IMG/VR virus record: IMGVR_UViG_3300034782_000062
Span: 32,001-96,000 of that record
DNA length: 64,000 nt
DNA from: a virus
Reading direction: 5' to 3' (one strand)
This document shows, piece after piece, positions 52,210 to 61,778 of the stretch. Both the position numbers and the translations under genes were made by a program. Numbering within the stretch: the stretch's first letter is position 1; the number at the start of each line of letters is the position of its first letter. The notes beneath the pieces were generated by a model that worked only from the letters and a program-made list of their open reading frames with translations, did no database searches and was not told the DNA's origin.

Positions 52210-52922
52210 GTCACAAAGGCTATCTCTACAGCCTATGAGTAGAGACATGTAGACGCTTCGCAAACATTCTGTCCTCAAAGGGGTCACAAAGGCTATCTCT
52301 ACAGCCTATGAGTAGAGACAAGTTAGAATTCTTGATCAAAATGCTTCCATTGTTAAGGTCACAAAGGCTATCTCTACAGCCTATGAGTAGAGACGGATAA
52401 ACAGCATCGTAAACTCCACCCTCTGACAGGTCACAAAGGCTATCTCTACAGCCTATGAGTAGAGACAGGACGAGAGGCCGCTGAGGAGCGAGATGTGCGG
52501 GCACGAGTCACAAAGGCTATCTCTACAGCCTATGAGTAGAGACCGGAGCAAGCCCAGGATGTACTCGTGCTCGAAGGACGAAGTCACAAAGGCCATCTCT
52601 ACGGCCTATGAGTAGAGACATCGGTTGTCTTCCTCTGTAAACGATATTTCCCGTCCTGTCATAAAGGCCATCTCTACGGCCTATGAGTAGAGACACTGTA
52701 GAGTAGGGCAGTCCGGTTCCGTTAGCTACGTCCGTCACAAAGGCTATCTCTACAGCCTATGAGTAGAGACTTGCTCCATTCTGAACCGAACCAAACTTGC
52801 GCCTTGGTTGTCATAAAGGCCATCTCTACGGCCTATGAGTAGAGACAGCCCAACTTCAGCACTGGTTCGAGCCGCCGATAGGTGTGTCATAAAGGCCATC
52901 TCTACGGCCTATAAGTAGAGAC
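52210..52922 (+). CRISPR. CRISPR array, 10 repeats of 37 bp and 9 spacers of 35-40 bp
   Basis: GTCAYAAAGGCYATCTCTACRGCCTATGAGTAGAGAC starting at 52210, 52283, 52358, 52430, 52507, 52583, 52658, 52734, 52810, 52886; the last copy carries an extra G->A, so the leader is at the cas end. Confidence 0.97.
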
Positions 52923-52973
52923 CGATAGAGATACGTCGACGCTGGGGTCACATAACAACACAGGAGGTACAAC

Positions 52974-53639
52974 ATGACCAATGAATTCGAGCGAATACTC
53001 CCCCCCGAGGTTGCCGCCGCCGTCCAAACCGGCAGGGCGTCCCTCATGGGCGGACTCATCCAGAGAATCAAGGATGGCAAGGAACAACTTTCGGCAGAGG
53101 ACCAATCAGAGATACTCGCATTGGTCCAAGACCTCATCAACGAGGGCCAGTCCGACAAGTCCCTCATTGAGGAGTCCGAGGCGCAACTCAAGAACCTCAC
53201 CGAAAACGTCAAGGGCACCCTCAAACTGGTAACGGAGCTGACCGAGCACATGCACCAGCTCAGGCTCTCACCTGACAAGCGCCATCTTCAGGACGACTCG
53301 ATCGAGAAATCCTGCAGGCGCGACCTCGAAGAGCACCACGACAAGATTCTTCGAGCCAAGCTCGTCATGGGCTACCGTGGCAACGACTCCGTCGAGGTCA
53401 CCTGCGACCCCCCGGCGCTCGTCCGGGTGACGCAGAAAGACGACGGCCAGTTCATCAACTGGACGACTCACGATTTCGCGGATCCGAACTGGGACGTCGA
53501 GCTTGTAAAGCCACATCCTGCTCTTGAAGGCGTCCGCTCTCTGTGGGTCGATGGCATCAGCCGATCGAGGACGGGAGAGGTTGAGCACCCCGACTGGGAG
53601 ATCGTTTCCAAGGGCTCGCTCAACGCAGATGTTCCTTGA
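52974..53639 (+). CDS. Hypothetical protein
   Basis: GGAGGT RBS; 221 aa. Confidence 0.75.
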   Translation: MTNEFERILPPEVAAAVQTGRASLMGGLIQRIKDGKEQLSAEDQSEILALVQDLINEGQSDKSLIEESEAQLKNLTENVKGTLKLVTELTEHMHQLRLSPDKRHLQDDSIEKSCRRDLEEHHDKILRAKLVMGYRGNDSVEVTCDPPALVRVTQKDDGQFINWTTHDFADPNWDVELVKPHPALEGVRSLWVDGISRSRTGEVEHPDWEIVSKGSLNADVP

Positions 53640-53689
53640 CTTCTATCGTCCACTCCTCGGCATCAAGTAATTTTTTTCGGTTATCGGGG

Positions 53690-53717
53690 TTGACAGCCCC
53701 CTAGGGGGTGTTATTCT
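53690..53717 (+). promoter_or_regulatory. Sigma70-type promoter with a CCCCC-TA-GGGGG palindrome in its spacer
   Basis: TTGACA - 16 nt - TG-n-TATTCT. Confidence 0.65.
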
Positions 53718-54098
53718 TTCTGTGGGATTTGTAAAAGCCAGTGATGAGGCGATAGAGTCGGTCCCCCCCCATCGACTTTGTCGCCTCATCCATTTAAAAC
53801 GAAGGGAACAAGGTTCGAGGGCTGATACCGGCCCGCCACAACGAAGCGCTTCGTTCAAAAAAAGGACCCATAAGACTCGCGGGGGCGCGTATGCACGCAA
53901 CGCAAACCCTCCCCCCCGACGAAATGGCCAGCGCGCCGGTGTCAGCCTTCGGCCCTTGCCCCCGGAACCTGTCCCCCCAGTGCCCCTCGGTTTGCTGCAG
54001 CCGAGGGGCACACTTTTTAAGGGGTGACCACTTCTGTCATAGTGGAAAGTTAGTATATCCTTACAACATCCACAAAACCGACAGGAGGGAAATTCATC

Positions 54099-55385
54099 AT
54101 GAGGACGAGCGACAGCGCTCTTGAACAGTACGAAGAATGTCCAAGGCAATACGACCTGGAGCGCAACCAGAAAAAGCGTGGGAAGCCAACCGCTCCCATC
54201 CGGCTCGGCAGAGTCGTTCACCGAACAATTCAGAAGCTCCTCAAGAAGTACAAGGAAGCGGGAGAGGCCAAGCCCTTCGACGCTTCACTCGCCTCCGACA
54301 TCTACACCGAGGAATGGGGGAAGGAGCTGGGTCTGAGCGGCAAAGAGCTTTTTACCGACGGACTGCAGATCGTCGCCGACTGGGTTGAGAAGTGGAGCAT
54401 CCCTCTCGACCCCCACTCCATCCTCGGCATCGAGGAGCCCTTCAAGTTCACCATTGAGTATCGTCCCCAGGATGATGAGTATGATGACGAGGAGGAAGAG
54501 GAAGAGACGGCGATCGAGCCCAGCAACCTCATGCCCGTGGAGGTTGTCGGCTACCTAGACCTTGTCCTCGGACACGATCTAGTAGACGAGGAGACGGGCG
54601 AAGTCGAGACTCTCATCGAAGTCATCGATTGGAAGACGACCAAGGCGTTTCTCACGAGCCGGGACGCACAAGAGTCGCTCCAACTCTCCATCTACGATCT
54701 CGCCGCTCGCGAGAAGTGGCCTGACGCCAGGGCCTACCGCGCCGCACTCAATCTGCTGCGTGACGGCACTCACCTTCAGGTTCGCCACAGCACCGCCGAG
54801 CGCCGCGACACCGAACGATACATCCTGGCGACGGCGGCTCAGATACGCGACGAGCGAGAGTGGGCTCCACGGCTCAACTCCAACTGCACCTACTGTCACC
54901 ACCGCCACGACTGCCCCGCCTACCAAAAAGCCCTCAAGGGCGACAGCCACACCGTCGCCGAGGACATGAATGACTTTGACAAGCTCATCGAGGAGCGTGC
55001 TGCGCTTGCAATCCGAAAGAAGATCGTCGGCAAGCGGCTCGACGAAATCGACGACGTCATCAAGGCACACCTCAAATCATCCAAACACCCGCTGGAGATC
55101 GGCGGCTGGTTCTTCAAGCTCTCATCTGTCGAGCGAAAGAACTATCCAGCCGACGTCGTCATCCCACTGCTCGCTCACAAGTTCGACATAAGCCCCGCCG
55201 AGCTGCTCGCCGACCTGACGACTGTCTCCACAAAGAAGCTCAAGGAGCTGATGAAGACCAAAGCCGAAGAGCTTGGGCGCGAGAAGGTCAGCCTCGTACA
55301 AGCCACCCTTGAAAGCAAAGCCGAACGCAACTACTCCTCTCGGCTGTACAACCGAAAGGAGAAGAAGCCCAAACCCAAGAAATAG
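54099..55385 (+). CDS. PD-(D/E)XK exonuclease (RecB/AddB/Cas4-like, four-Cys staple)
   Basis: CPRQY, G..VH, IEEPF, GYLDLV, IDWKT, QLSIY, CTYC....DCP. Confidence 0.9.
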   Translation: MRTSDSALEQYEECPRQYDLERNQKKRGKPTAPIRLGRVVHRTIQKLLKKYKEAGEAKPFDASLASDIYTEEWGKELGLSGKELFTDGLQIVADWVEKWSIPLDPHSILGIEEPFKFTIEYRPQDDEYDDEEEEEETAIEPSNLMPVEVVGYLDLVLGHDLVDEETGEVETLIEVIDWKTTKAFLTSRDAQESLQLSIYDLAAREKWPDARAYRAALNLLRDGTHLQVRHSTAERRDTERYILATAAQIRDEREWAPRLNSNCTYCHHRHDCPAYQKALKGDSHTVAEDMNDFDKLIEERAALAIRKKIVGKRLDEIDDVIKAHLKSSKHPLEIGGWFFKLSSVERKNYPADVVIPLLAHKFDISPAELLADLTTVSTKKLKELMKTKAEELGREKVSLVQATLESKAERNYSSRLYNRKEKKPKPKK

Positions 55386-55394
55386 GAGGAACCA

Positions 55395-55640
55395 TTGTCC
55401 GTCCTGCACCTGAGAAAAACCAACAGTCCTGGCTCGGACCCACCCTCCGTCGATTGGATTGCCACCTTCGACGATAAGACCGGAATTTGTACCTATTGCA
55501 CCACGGCAGAGGGCGAGCCATCCGTTGCCTTTATCGGCAAGCATCGGAGCTTCATCGACCAATGGCTCGACCTCGGAGTCGTCGATGGAATCGCCTATCA
55601 CGAAATCATCGAAGAACTGCCGGAAGTTCCCGGCCAGTAA
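55395..55640 (+). CDS. Small hypothetical protein
   Basis: TTG start after GGAGG. Confidence 0.5.
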   Translation: MSVLHLRKTNSPGSDPPSVDWIATFDDKTGICTYCTTAEGEPSVAFIGKHRSFIDQWLDLGVVDGIAYHEIIEELPEVPGQ

Positions 55641-55709
55641 CACAATTTTCCGCAAAAACACTTAACCCCAAAAGGCGCAGATGCAATACTGCGGAGGAAG
55701 GAGCTTGCC

Positions 55710-57104
55710 ATGAGCGAGCAGTATTCTATCGAGCTGTATCACCACCCGATCGGTGAGGAGCTGGGCTACATCCACCTCGTCATCAACCACCCCGAGGACC
55801 CTGATCTCAAGAGGCTCATCCTCTCCTCGGAAAGAGGCCGAGACTTCGGAGTCATCTTCACAGTCGACATCTTTGTCGACCAATATCTTGAGATGTGCGA
55901 GGAGGAGCAAGTAACCACCCTCGAAGGTTGCGTCTTGGCGACGGCTGGAGACCAAATCGAGATCCGCGAAGTCCCCGAAGACGAGCCGGTTCAGATTCCC
56001 GAGCGCATCGAGTCTCAGGGCAATGTTCGATCGCTGATTACCGACCGCATGTGGACCCATGACTGGGGTCGCTGCTGCTGCGTCAAACGCGGCAACGAGA
56101 TCGAGCCCGTCACGCCTGAGCGCATCGCCGATGGCGAGGTTCCCTGGTGGAATCAGCGTTTCACTCCAATGCAGCTCGACCTCATCGCAGCGGCAACCGA
56201 CCCGGAGAACAAGGCCATGCACTTGATCGCCGGTGACGACACCATCTGCGGCGGCTGCGGTCACTACGTCTGGATTCAGCTTCCCGAGGACGTTCCGAAC
56301 GAGCTTCCCGAGCCTCCCGAAGAGGAGGAAGTCGATGAGCCGCTATGCCCGGAGCGTGACGCCTTGGATGCTGTGGGTTGGAAGAACAAGGCAGCCGCCT
56401 GGGAGGTCTTCTACGATGACCCTCATAACAAGAAGGTCATCGAGGAATCCGGTCTTCCAATCGCTCGTGCTAACGAGCGGCGCCGATTCAGCTCCGAGGA
56501 TGCCTTCGAGCCAGTCAATCTTCGCTCGGACGTGAAGAACAACCTGCACACCGTCAAACAGGTGTTCTACTTTGCGCTCGGCAACACTCGCAGTGGCACC
56601 TGGGCTGAGCTGGACCTCGACATCCTTCGCTCCATCAAGGGGTTGAAGGGCGTCGATATTCCAAATGAAGTCCTGGAGATGGTTGAATTGGACGACGAGG
56701 AGGCCAACGCTGCCATGCACGCACAGTCTGAGAACCGGGCGACCATGGCACACGTCGATGATGAAGCCGACATCCTGGAGTCGATGCTCGACGAGGACGC
56801 CGGTCTTGAAGTTCCTCCAGAGTTCATGGAGGAAGACGAATCGGAGCCGGAGCCCGAGCCCGAGCCCGAGCCCAATCCTGAACCCGAGGTCTTCGAGTCG
56901 AAAGCTCAGAAGCTTCAATCCTCGCCGAAGCCGACAAGCGAGCCAAAAGCTCCAAAGACTCGAAAGTTCACGCGCAAGCAGGCGAAGGCGAACCTTCTCG
57001 AAGCGACAAAGCAGCTTCAGAACGCCCTCGCCGTTTTCTACCAAGTTCTCCTGGATGACGAGGATGAGGATGAGGACGAAGAGTCACAAAAGGTCGGCGG
57101 CTGA
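55710..57104 (+). CDS. Large acidic hypothetical protein
   Basis: 464 aa; AAGGAG RBS. Confidence 0.8.
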   Translation: MSEQYSIELYHHPIGEELGYIHLVINHPEDPDLKRLILSSERGRDFGVIFTVDIFVDQYLEMCEEEQVTTLEGCVLATAGDQIEIREVPEDEPVQIPERIESQGNVRSLITDRMWTHDWGRCCCVKRGNEIEPVTPERIADGEVPWWNQRFTPMQLDLIAAATDPENKAMHLIAGDDTICGGCGHYVWIQLPEDVPNELPEPPEEEEVDEPLCPERDALDAVGWKNKAAAWEVFYDDPHNKKVIEESGLPIARANERRRFSSEDAFEPVNLRSDVKNNLHTVKQVFYFALGNTRSGTWAELDLDILRSIKGLKGVDIPNEVLEMVELDDEEANAAMHAQSENRATMAHVDDEADILESMLDEDAGLEVPPEFMEEDESEPEPEPEPEPNPEPEVFESKAQKLQSSPKPTSEPKAPKTRKFTRKQAKANLLEATKQLQNALAVFYQVLLDDEDEDEDEESQKVGG

Positions 57105-57384
57105 CCTTGGCCCGTGAAAGCAATCTCTGTCCGCAGGGGGGCGGCAACAGTGCCGCCCCCCTGCGAGACGGAAACGCTGTTTCAGCCAAATTGGTCTGCC
57201 CAGCCCTCGACGCGCTCAACCGCGTTTTACTCAACCCAAAAACTTCAAATCCTGAGGATGTTTTATTTCTAATGCACGAAGAGTGCTGGGATGACATTCT
57301 CTTTGACATCGGCGTTATAAATGAGCATGAACTATTTGTTCGCCATGCTGCATTTGGACGCCTATTCTCACGGAGATAAACACC

Positions 57385-59292
57385 ATGCCCGTCATCAAAA
57401 TGCGCTACTATCAGGACGAGGCGCTCAAAGCCCTCGACCAAGGACGACGTGACGGAAAACGAAAGCAGCTCGTCGTCCTCCCAACGGGTTCGGGCAAAAC
57501 AATCGTTGCTGCAGAAGACATCAGGCGCGTTGTCACCAAGACTGGGAAAGGCGCCGTCTTCATGGCCCATCGAGACGAGCTAATTACCCAACCGGCCCAA
57601 AAAATACCACTCGTTTGGAACGACGCTGAGATCGGTAGAGTCAAAGCGAAAGACAACGAGCTTGGCCGCAAAGTCACCGTCGCATCAGTCCAAACGATTC
57701 AAAGAGAAAAACGCCTCGCTCAAGTCATTGGAGCACAGGAGTATTCTCTCCTCTACATCGACGAAGCTCACCACGCTACTGCAGACTCCTACCGCATGAT
57801 CATCGACGCCTTCGTAGAAGCCAACCCCAACATCATCATCGTGGGGCTCACGGCCACACCGGTTCGTGCCGACGGCACCCGGATGAGCGAAGTCTTCGCC
57901 GATGTCACCTACCAGAAATCAATGCTCGACCTCATCGAGGACGGCTTCCTCTCCGACCTGGAGCTGGAGCAAGTCCCCCTCGACGTATCGATCGATGGAA
58001 TCCCTCGCCGTGCAGGCGACCTCAAGCCCGCCGAGGTGCGCCGAGTCGTCACCAGGACAGACATTATGGTCGCCATGGTCGATGCCTGGAAAAACCGTGC
58101 GTCCTCACGACGAACCATCGCCTTCGCGGTAGACGTCGAGCACGCTCACCAGCTCGCTCAATGCTTCAAGTCTCGCGGAGTCAAGTCCGACGTCATTTTT
58201 GGCGACATGCCTCAGACTGACCGCAGGGCGAAGCTCGATGCCTTCCAACGTGGGAAGCTCGACGTCTTGGTCAACTGTATGATCTTGACCGAGGGCTTCG
58301 ATGACATCGCGCTGGATGAGGCACCTCCACTGTCCTGCATTATGCTCGCTCGACCCACCCTCTCTCAATCGCTCTATATTCAGCAAATCGGTCGAGGCAC
58401 CCGACCCGACCCCATGAAGGACAACTGCCTCATCCTCGATTTCTCGTATAACTCCAAGCGCCACCACATCATTCAGCTCCCCCACCTCTTCGGGCTCGAA
58501 AGGCTGAGAGGATTTGAGAAGAAAAAGAAGGAGGAGGAAGACGCCGAGGCACAGGAAAAGCACATCCCCTCGATTCTTGCGGCTGTCCGCGAAGCTCAGA
58601 AAGTCGATATCCGCAAGCCGCCACCCCGCGCCGGATTCAGGTGGGCTCGCAGCCAGTACGGCTTCGCCCTGTCCATCGGCAAGGAGCACGGTTTCATGGT
58701 CATCCGTCCTGTGGATGACGACAACCCAACGGAATTTGACGTCTATCACTTCGAGCCGCCTCGCGAAGACCTCGATGAGTCGCCATCGGGCAACCAGTTC
58801 GAGCTGGTCGCCCCCGGCGATACGCCGAAACCCAAGGCAAACAAAAAGCGGCGCATTCCTCGCAGCGAGGAGTATGCCGAACACAAGCTGACCTCGAAGC
58901 CGCTCAGCTTCGACTGGGCCTTCGGCCTAGCCGAGGACGCCTGTCGTGAGCTTCACGAGACCAGGTCAAAGGGTCGGAAGATGGCGAAGACAAAAATCAT
59001 CGATCGCGACGCCGACTGGCTCGCTCTCCCGCCGACCAACCAGCAGCTCAACGTCCTGGCCCGCACCGGGAAGAAGCCGAAGAGCCGTGGTGAAGCAACA
59101 AACATGATTACCACCATGATCATCGAACGCATCATTCGCGAGCGCGTCCCCGCGACGAAAAAGCAACTCGGCTTTCTTCGCTGGAAGAAGATCCCCTTCG
59201 ACAAAGGCATTACGAAGAGCATGGCTTCCAGGCTCATTGGCGAGTGGCACAAACAGCAAAAGGAGGGTCAACCACAGAAAGGCGGTACATGA
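57385..59292 (+). CDS. Superfamily 2 (DExH) helicase
   Basis: PTGSGKT, DEAHH, TAT, LTEGFD, QQIGRGTR. Confidence 0.95.
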   Translation: MPVIKMRYYQDEALKALDQGRRDGKRKQLVVLPTGSGKTIVAAEDIRRVVTKTGKGAVFMAHRDELITQPAQKIPLVWNDAEIGRVKAKDNELGRKVTVASVQTIQREKRLAQVIGAQEYSLLYIDEAHHATADSYRMIIDAFVEANPNIIIVGLTATPVRADGTRMSEVFADVTYQKSMLDLIEDGFLSDLELEQVPLDVSIDGIPRRAGDLKPAEVRRVVTRTDIMVAMVDAWKNRASSRRTIAFAVDVEHAHQLAQCFKSRGVKSDVIFGDMPQTDRRAKLDAFQRGKLDVLVNCMILTEGFDDIALDEAPPLSCIMLARPTLSQSLYIQQIGRGTRPDPMKDNCLILDFSYNSKRHHIIQLPHLFGLERLRGFEKKKKEEEDAEAQEKHIPSILAAVREAQKVDIRKPPPRAGFRWARSQYGFALSIGKEHGFMVIRPVDDDNPTEFDVYHFEPPREDLDESPSGNQFELVAPGDTPKPKANKKRRIPRSEEYAEHKLTSKPLSFDWAFGLAEDACRELHETRSKGRKMAKTKIIDRDADWLALPPTNQQLNVLARTGKKPKSRGEATNMITTMIIERIIRERVPATKKQLGFLRWKKIPFDKGITKSMASRLIGEWHKQQKEGQPQKGGT

Positions 59293-59699
59293 TGGAAGAA
59301 GGGCAGACTGTCCTGTTCCGGTTTCACGACAAGGAGCGTCCGTCTATCGTCCTCACAATCGACCGCCAGAACGGCTATGCCACAATCGTCATCGGATCTA
59401 CCGTTCTCAAACCCGACAAGCTCCCCGTTCAGGTTGAGTGCAATTCTCGCGCCGGTCGCCAGATGAGCCTGCATCACGATACGTACTTCTACGACGACAA
59501 AGTGATGATGGTCCCGCTCGATTCTCTTTTTCCACTCCCGAAGCCCACGAGCTGTCCTCACGAGGTCTTTCGGCATCTGAGGCACCTGCTCGCCACGCAA
59601 CGATTCGACCCTCACCTCAAGACCATGCATGAGAGAAAACCGCGCAAATCGAAGATCCTTTCGGTCTGCTTGGGAGATCTCATTAAGCATCGGTCCTAA
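59289..59699 (+). CDS. Hypothetical protein
   Basis: ATGA coupling to the helicase gene. Confidence 0.65.
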   Translation: MMEEGQTVLFRFHDKERPSIVLTIDRQNGYATIVIGSTVLKPDKLPVQVECNSRAGRQMSLHHDTYFYDDKVMMVPLDSLFPLPKPTSCPHEVFRHLRHLLATQRFDPHLKTMHERKPRKSKILSVCLGDLIKHRS

Positions 59700-59807
59700 A
59701 TTCCACCAAAACCCTACGCTATGGGAGGCTTAGCTGCCTCTCATGGCGTCCATCACACATGCCCCTGTTGCATGTGTTACATTGCTATGATAGAAGGGAT
59801 GAGACCC

Positions 59808-60161
59808 ATGAATAAGAAGGATTCATTGGCCAGGAGGGAAGGAGGTGGCGTCAGGAGGATGGAAGAGCCCATGGACATCGAGGTCGTGGGTCGCCGTCAG
59901 CCGACGAGCCTCCAAACAATCTTTCCCTGGTTCCGAATGAGCTACCACAGCGTGACGCGGGTTGGAGGTCAGACCCACGTCGTGCACAAGGAGATGACCT
60001 ACGAGGACGGCCACCTGGAGACTGCTGAGTTTGAGGGCGTCACCGACCCTGAAGCCTACAACGAATCCGTCGCCCAGATGCAAGAAACGTGGTTCGGCAT
60101 GATGCGCGCCTTCGGAGGCCCAGTCATGTCCCTATTCCTTCCACCACCCCGAAAAAAATAA
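59808..60161 (+). CDS. Hypothetical protein
   Basis: ORF with RBS; coupled downstream (TAATG). Confidence 0.65.
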   Translation: MNKKDSLARREGGGVRRMEEPMDIEVVGRRQPTSLQTIFPWFRMSYHSVTRVGGQTHVVHKEMTYEDGHLETAEFEGVTDPEAYNESVAQMQETWFGMMRAFGGPVMSLFLPPPRKK

Positions 60162-60514
60162 TGAAAGAGCCACAGTACATATGGTGCGCGTGGCGCACCA
60201 AAAGTGGGTGGTCTGCCCGGCACGCGGTCCCGACTCGTGAAGATGATAATCCTGAGGACGTCAAGGGATTTTTCACCATGTGCATGAAGCGAGTCCCAGA
60301 TGACGCCCGCGAATACGACAGTTGCCCACATGGTCCCATCGCTTCTCGCGCTGCAGAGCGTTTTCTTTGCACCGTCTTCGGCATCGATCGATCCAGCGGT
60401 GACGATATCTGTCGTCACTGCAAACGCATTCTCGAAAGGCTTTCAAAAGAAGATGACGCACCCCCTTCAGAAACACATCAAGAGCGGACGACTTCGGGCG
60501 AGGCGACTCGGTAG
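60161..60514 (+). CDS. Hypothetical Cys-containing protein
   Basis: CPHG...CRHC. Confidence 0.55.
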   Translation: MKEPQYIWCAWRTKSGWSARHAVPTREDDNPEDVKGFFTMCMKRVPDDAREYDSCPHGPIASRAAERFLCTVFGIDRSSGDDICRHCKRILERLSKEDDAPPSETHQERTTSGEATR

Positions 60515-60750
60515 ACCCTATGCAGCCATCATGGTCGAGCGAAAAGGCAACACCCTCCGAATCATCCCAGATCAGCTCCACATTCTGAAGCACGACATCT
60601 ACGTCGTAGAGCTGCCAGAGGACATCACCGTGCTGCCGCCTCTTGGAAACGAGCCGGTTCAATCATCCTCAAGATTCTGGATAACCACAGAGACATTCGA
60701 CCCATACCACGCTGTCCTCGACTGGGATGGCGTTCACAAGGAAATTCCAC

Positions 60751-61167
60751 ATGAGCGCAAAATCAACAACGAAGGTCAAGGCGACCTTCAAGGGAGAGGT
60801 GTTCACCTTTCTGACGACCAGCTTTGACATCGACGCGGCGATCGAGCTTTGCAAGGACAAGGAGCCCGAGGAGGCCGGCATCGAGAGCGTCTTCTCGATG
60901 TTCGCCCTAATCGCCATCGACAAGAAGTACGCCGAGAGCGACGAGGTCGATCTTACAAAGCCCATCATCGTCGCGAAGATAACAACACTGAAAGACACCT
61001 CTGAAGAGAAGCCGATGATGATCCCTATTGACGGATGGCACCGGCTCTGGAAGGCACATAAGAAGGGTGTGACCACCCTGCCCGTTTTTGTCCTGGAGGG
61101 ATGGGAAACTGATCTCATCATGAAGTCGCCTAACCGTAAGCGACGGCGGAGGAAGAAGGCCGGATGA
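60751..61167 (+). CDS. Stand-alone ParB-N/Srx-like domain protein
   Basis: VDLTKPIIV...IDGWHRLWKA...G...LP. Confidence 0.7.
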   Translation: MSAKSTTKVKATFKGEVFTFLTTSFDIDAAIELCKDKEPEEAGIESVFSMFALIAIDKKYAESDEVDLTKPIIVAKITTLKDTSEEKPMMIPIDGWHRLWKAHKKGVTTLPVFVLEGWETDLIMKSPNRKRRRRKKAG

Positions 61168-61778
61168 GCGATCAAGAAAAAGACCCACTCCATGATTTCA
61201 CCCACCGGAGCGGCCTGAGAGTTCGCGTTCCCAAGTGCTTCAGCCTCTTCAGGCATCCTCCGGACGAACAGGTCATTCAAATTGTAGATGGCGATCGGCG
61301 CGTCAGTTTCAACATCGCCCTGCTCGACGACATCGTCGCCTACATGAAGGCCCTGGCCTGGTATGAAGGCGACGCAATGACACCAGCAAGCCCCGACTGG
61401 CCAGCGTTCGAGTCACTACTCAGAAGCAAGAAAGGTATCGACCTCAAGCCCGAGTGGGAAAACAAGAAAGCAAGGGCACAAGGGGCTTATACATACAACT
61501 GCTCCTGCTCTGAGCGCCCCGAAGGTTGGACTTGGGACCGCAAAACGGATCGCTGGCCCAAGGCAATGAACATCCTGAGGACCCACTTTCCACGCTACGA
61601 CAGGCAAGACACCGCAGCTTACTGGGTCCAGGTCGGCGCCGACTGCGACTGCCTTGTTGCTTTCAACGTTGGCGGCGAGCTGGACAAGGGATATCGCAGA
61701 CTGATCTCGGACCAGATTCGATGGTCCGAACGAAGGGATGGAGGAAGGTCGGATGACAGACGAACAGAAGGCGGCTGA
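61164..61778 (+). CDS. Hypothetical protein with DUF2695-like C-terminus
   Basis: GADCDCLVAFN resembles the DUF2695 CDC motif. Confidence 0.55.
   Translation: MSDQEKDPLHDFTHRSGLRVRVPKCFSLFRHPPDEQVIQIVDGDRRVSFNIALLDDIVAYMKALAWYEGDAMTPASPDWPAFESLLRSKKGIDLKPEWENKKARAQGAYTYNCSCSERPEGWTWDRKTDRWPKAMNILRTHFPRYDRQDTAAYWVQVGADCDCLVAFNVGGELDKGYRRLISDQIRWSERRDGGRSDDRRTEGG

Noticed and set aside
53741-53830. TGATGAG...GAA as a hammerhead ribozyme core
   Set aside because: The core would need CUGAUGA unpaired; here it is GTGATGA and is sequestered in the 20-bp stem.
54099-55385. Annotating the nuclease as the CRISPR adaptation gene cas4
   Set aside because: It is separated from the array by another gene and promoter, has no cas1/cas2 partner, and has extra domains typical of phage recombination exonucleases.
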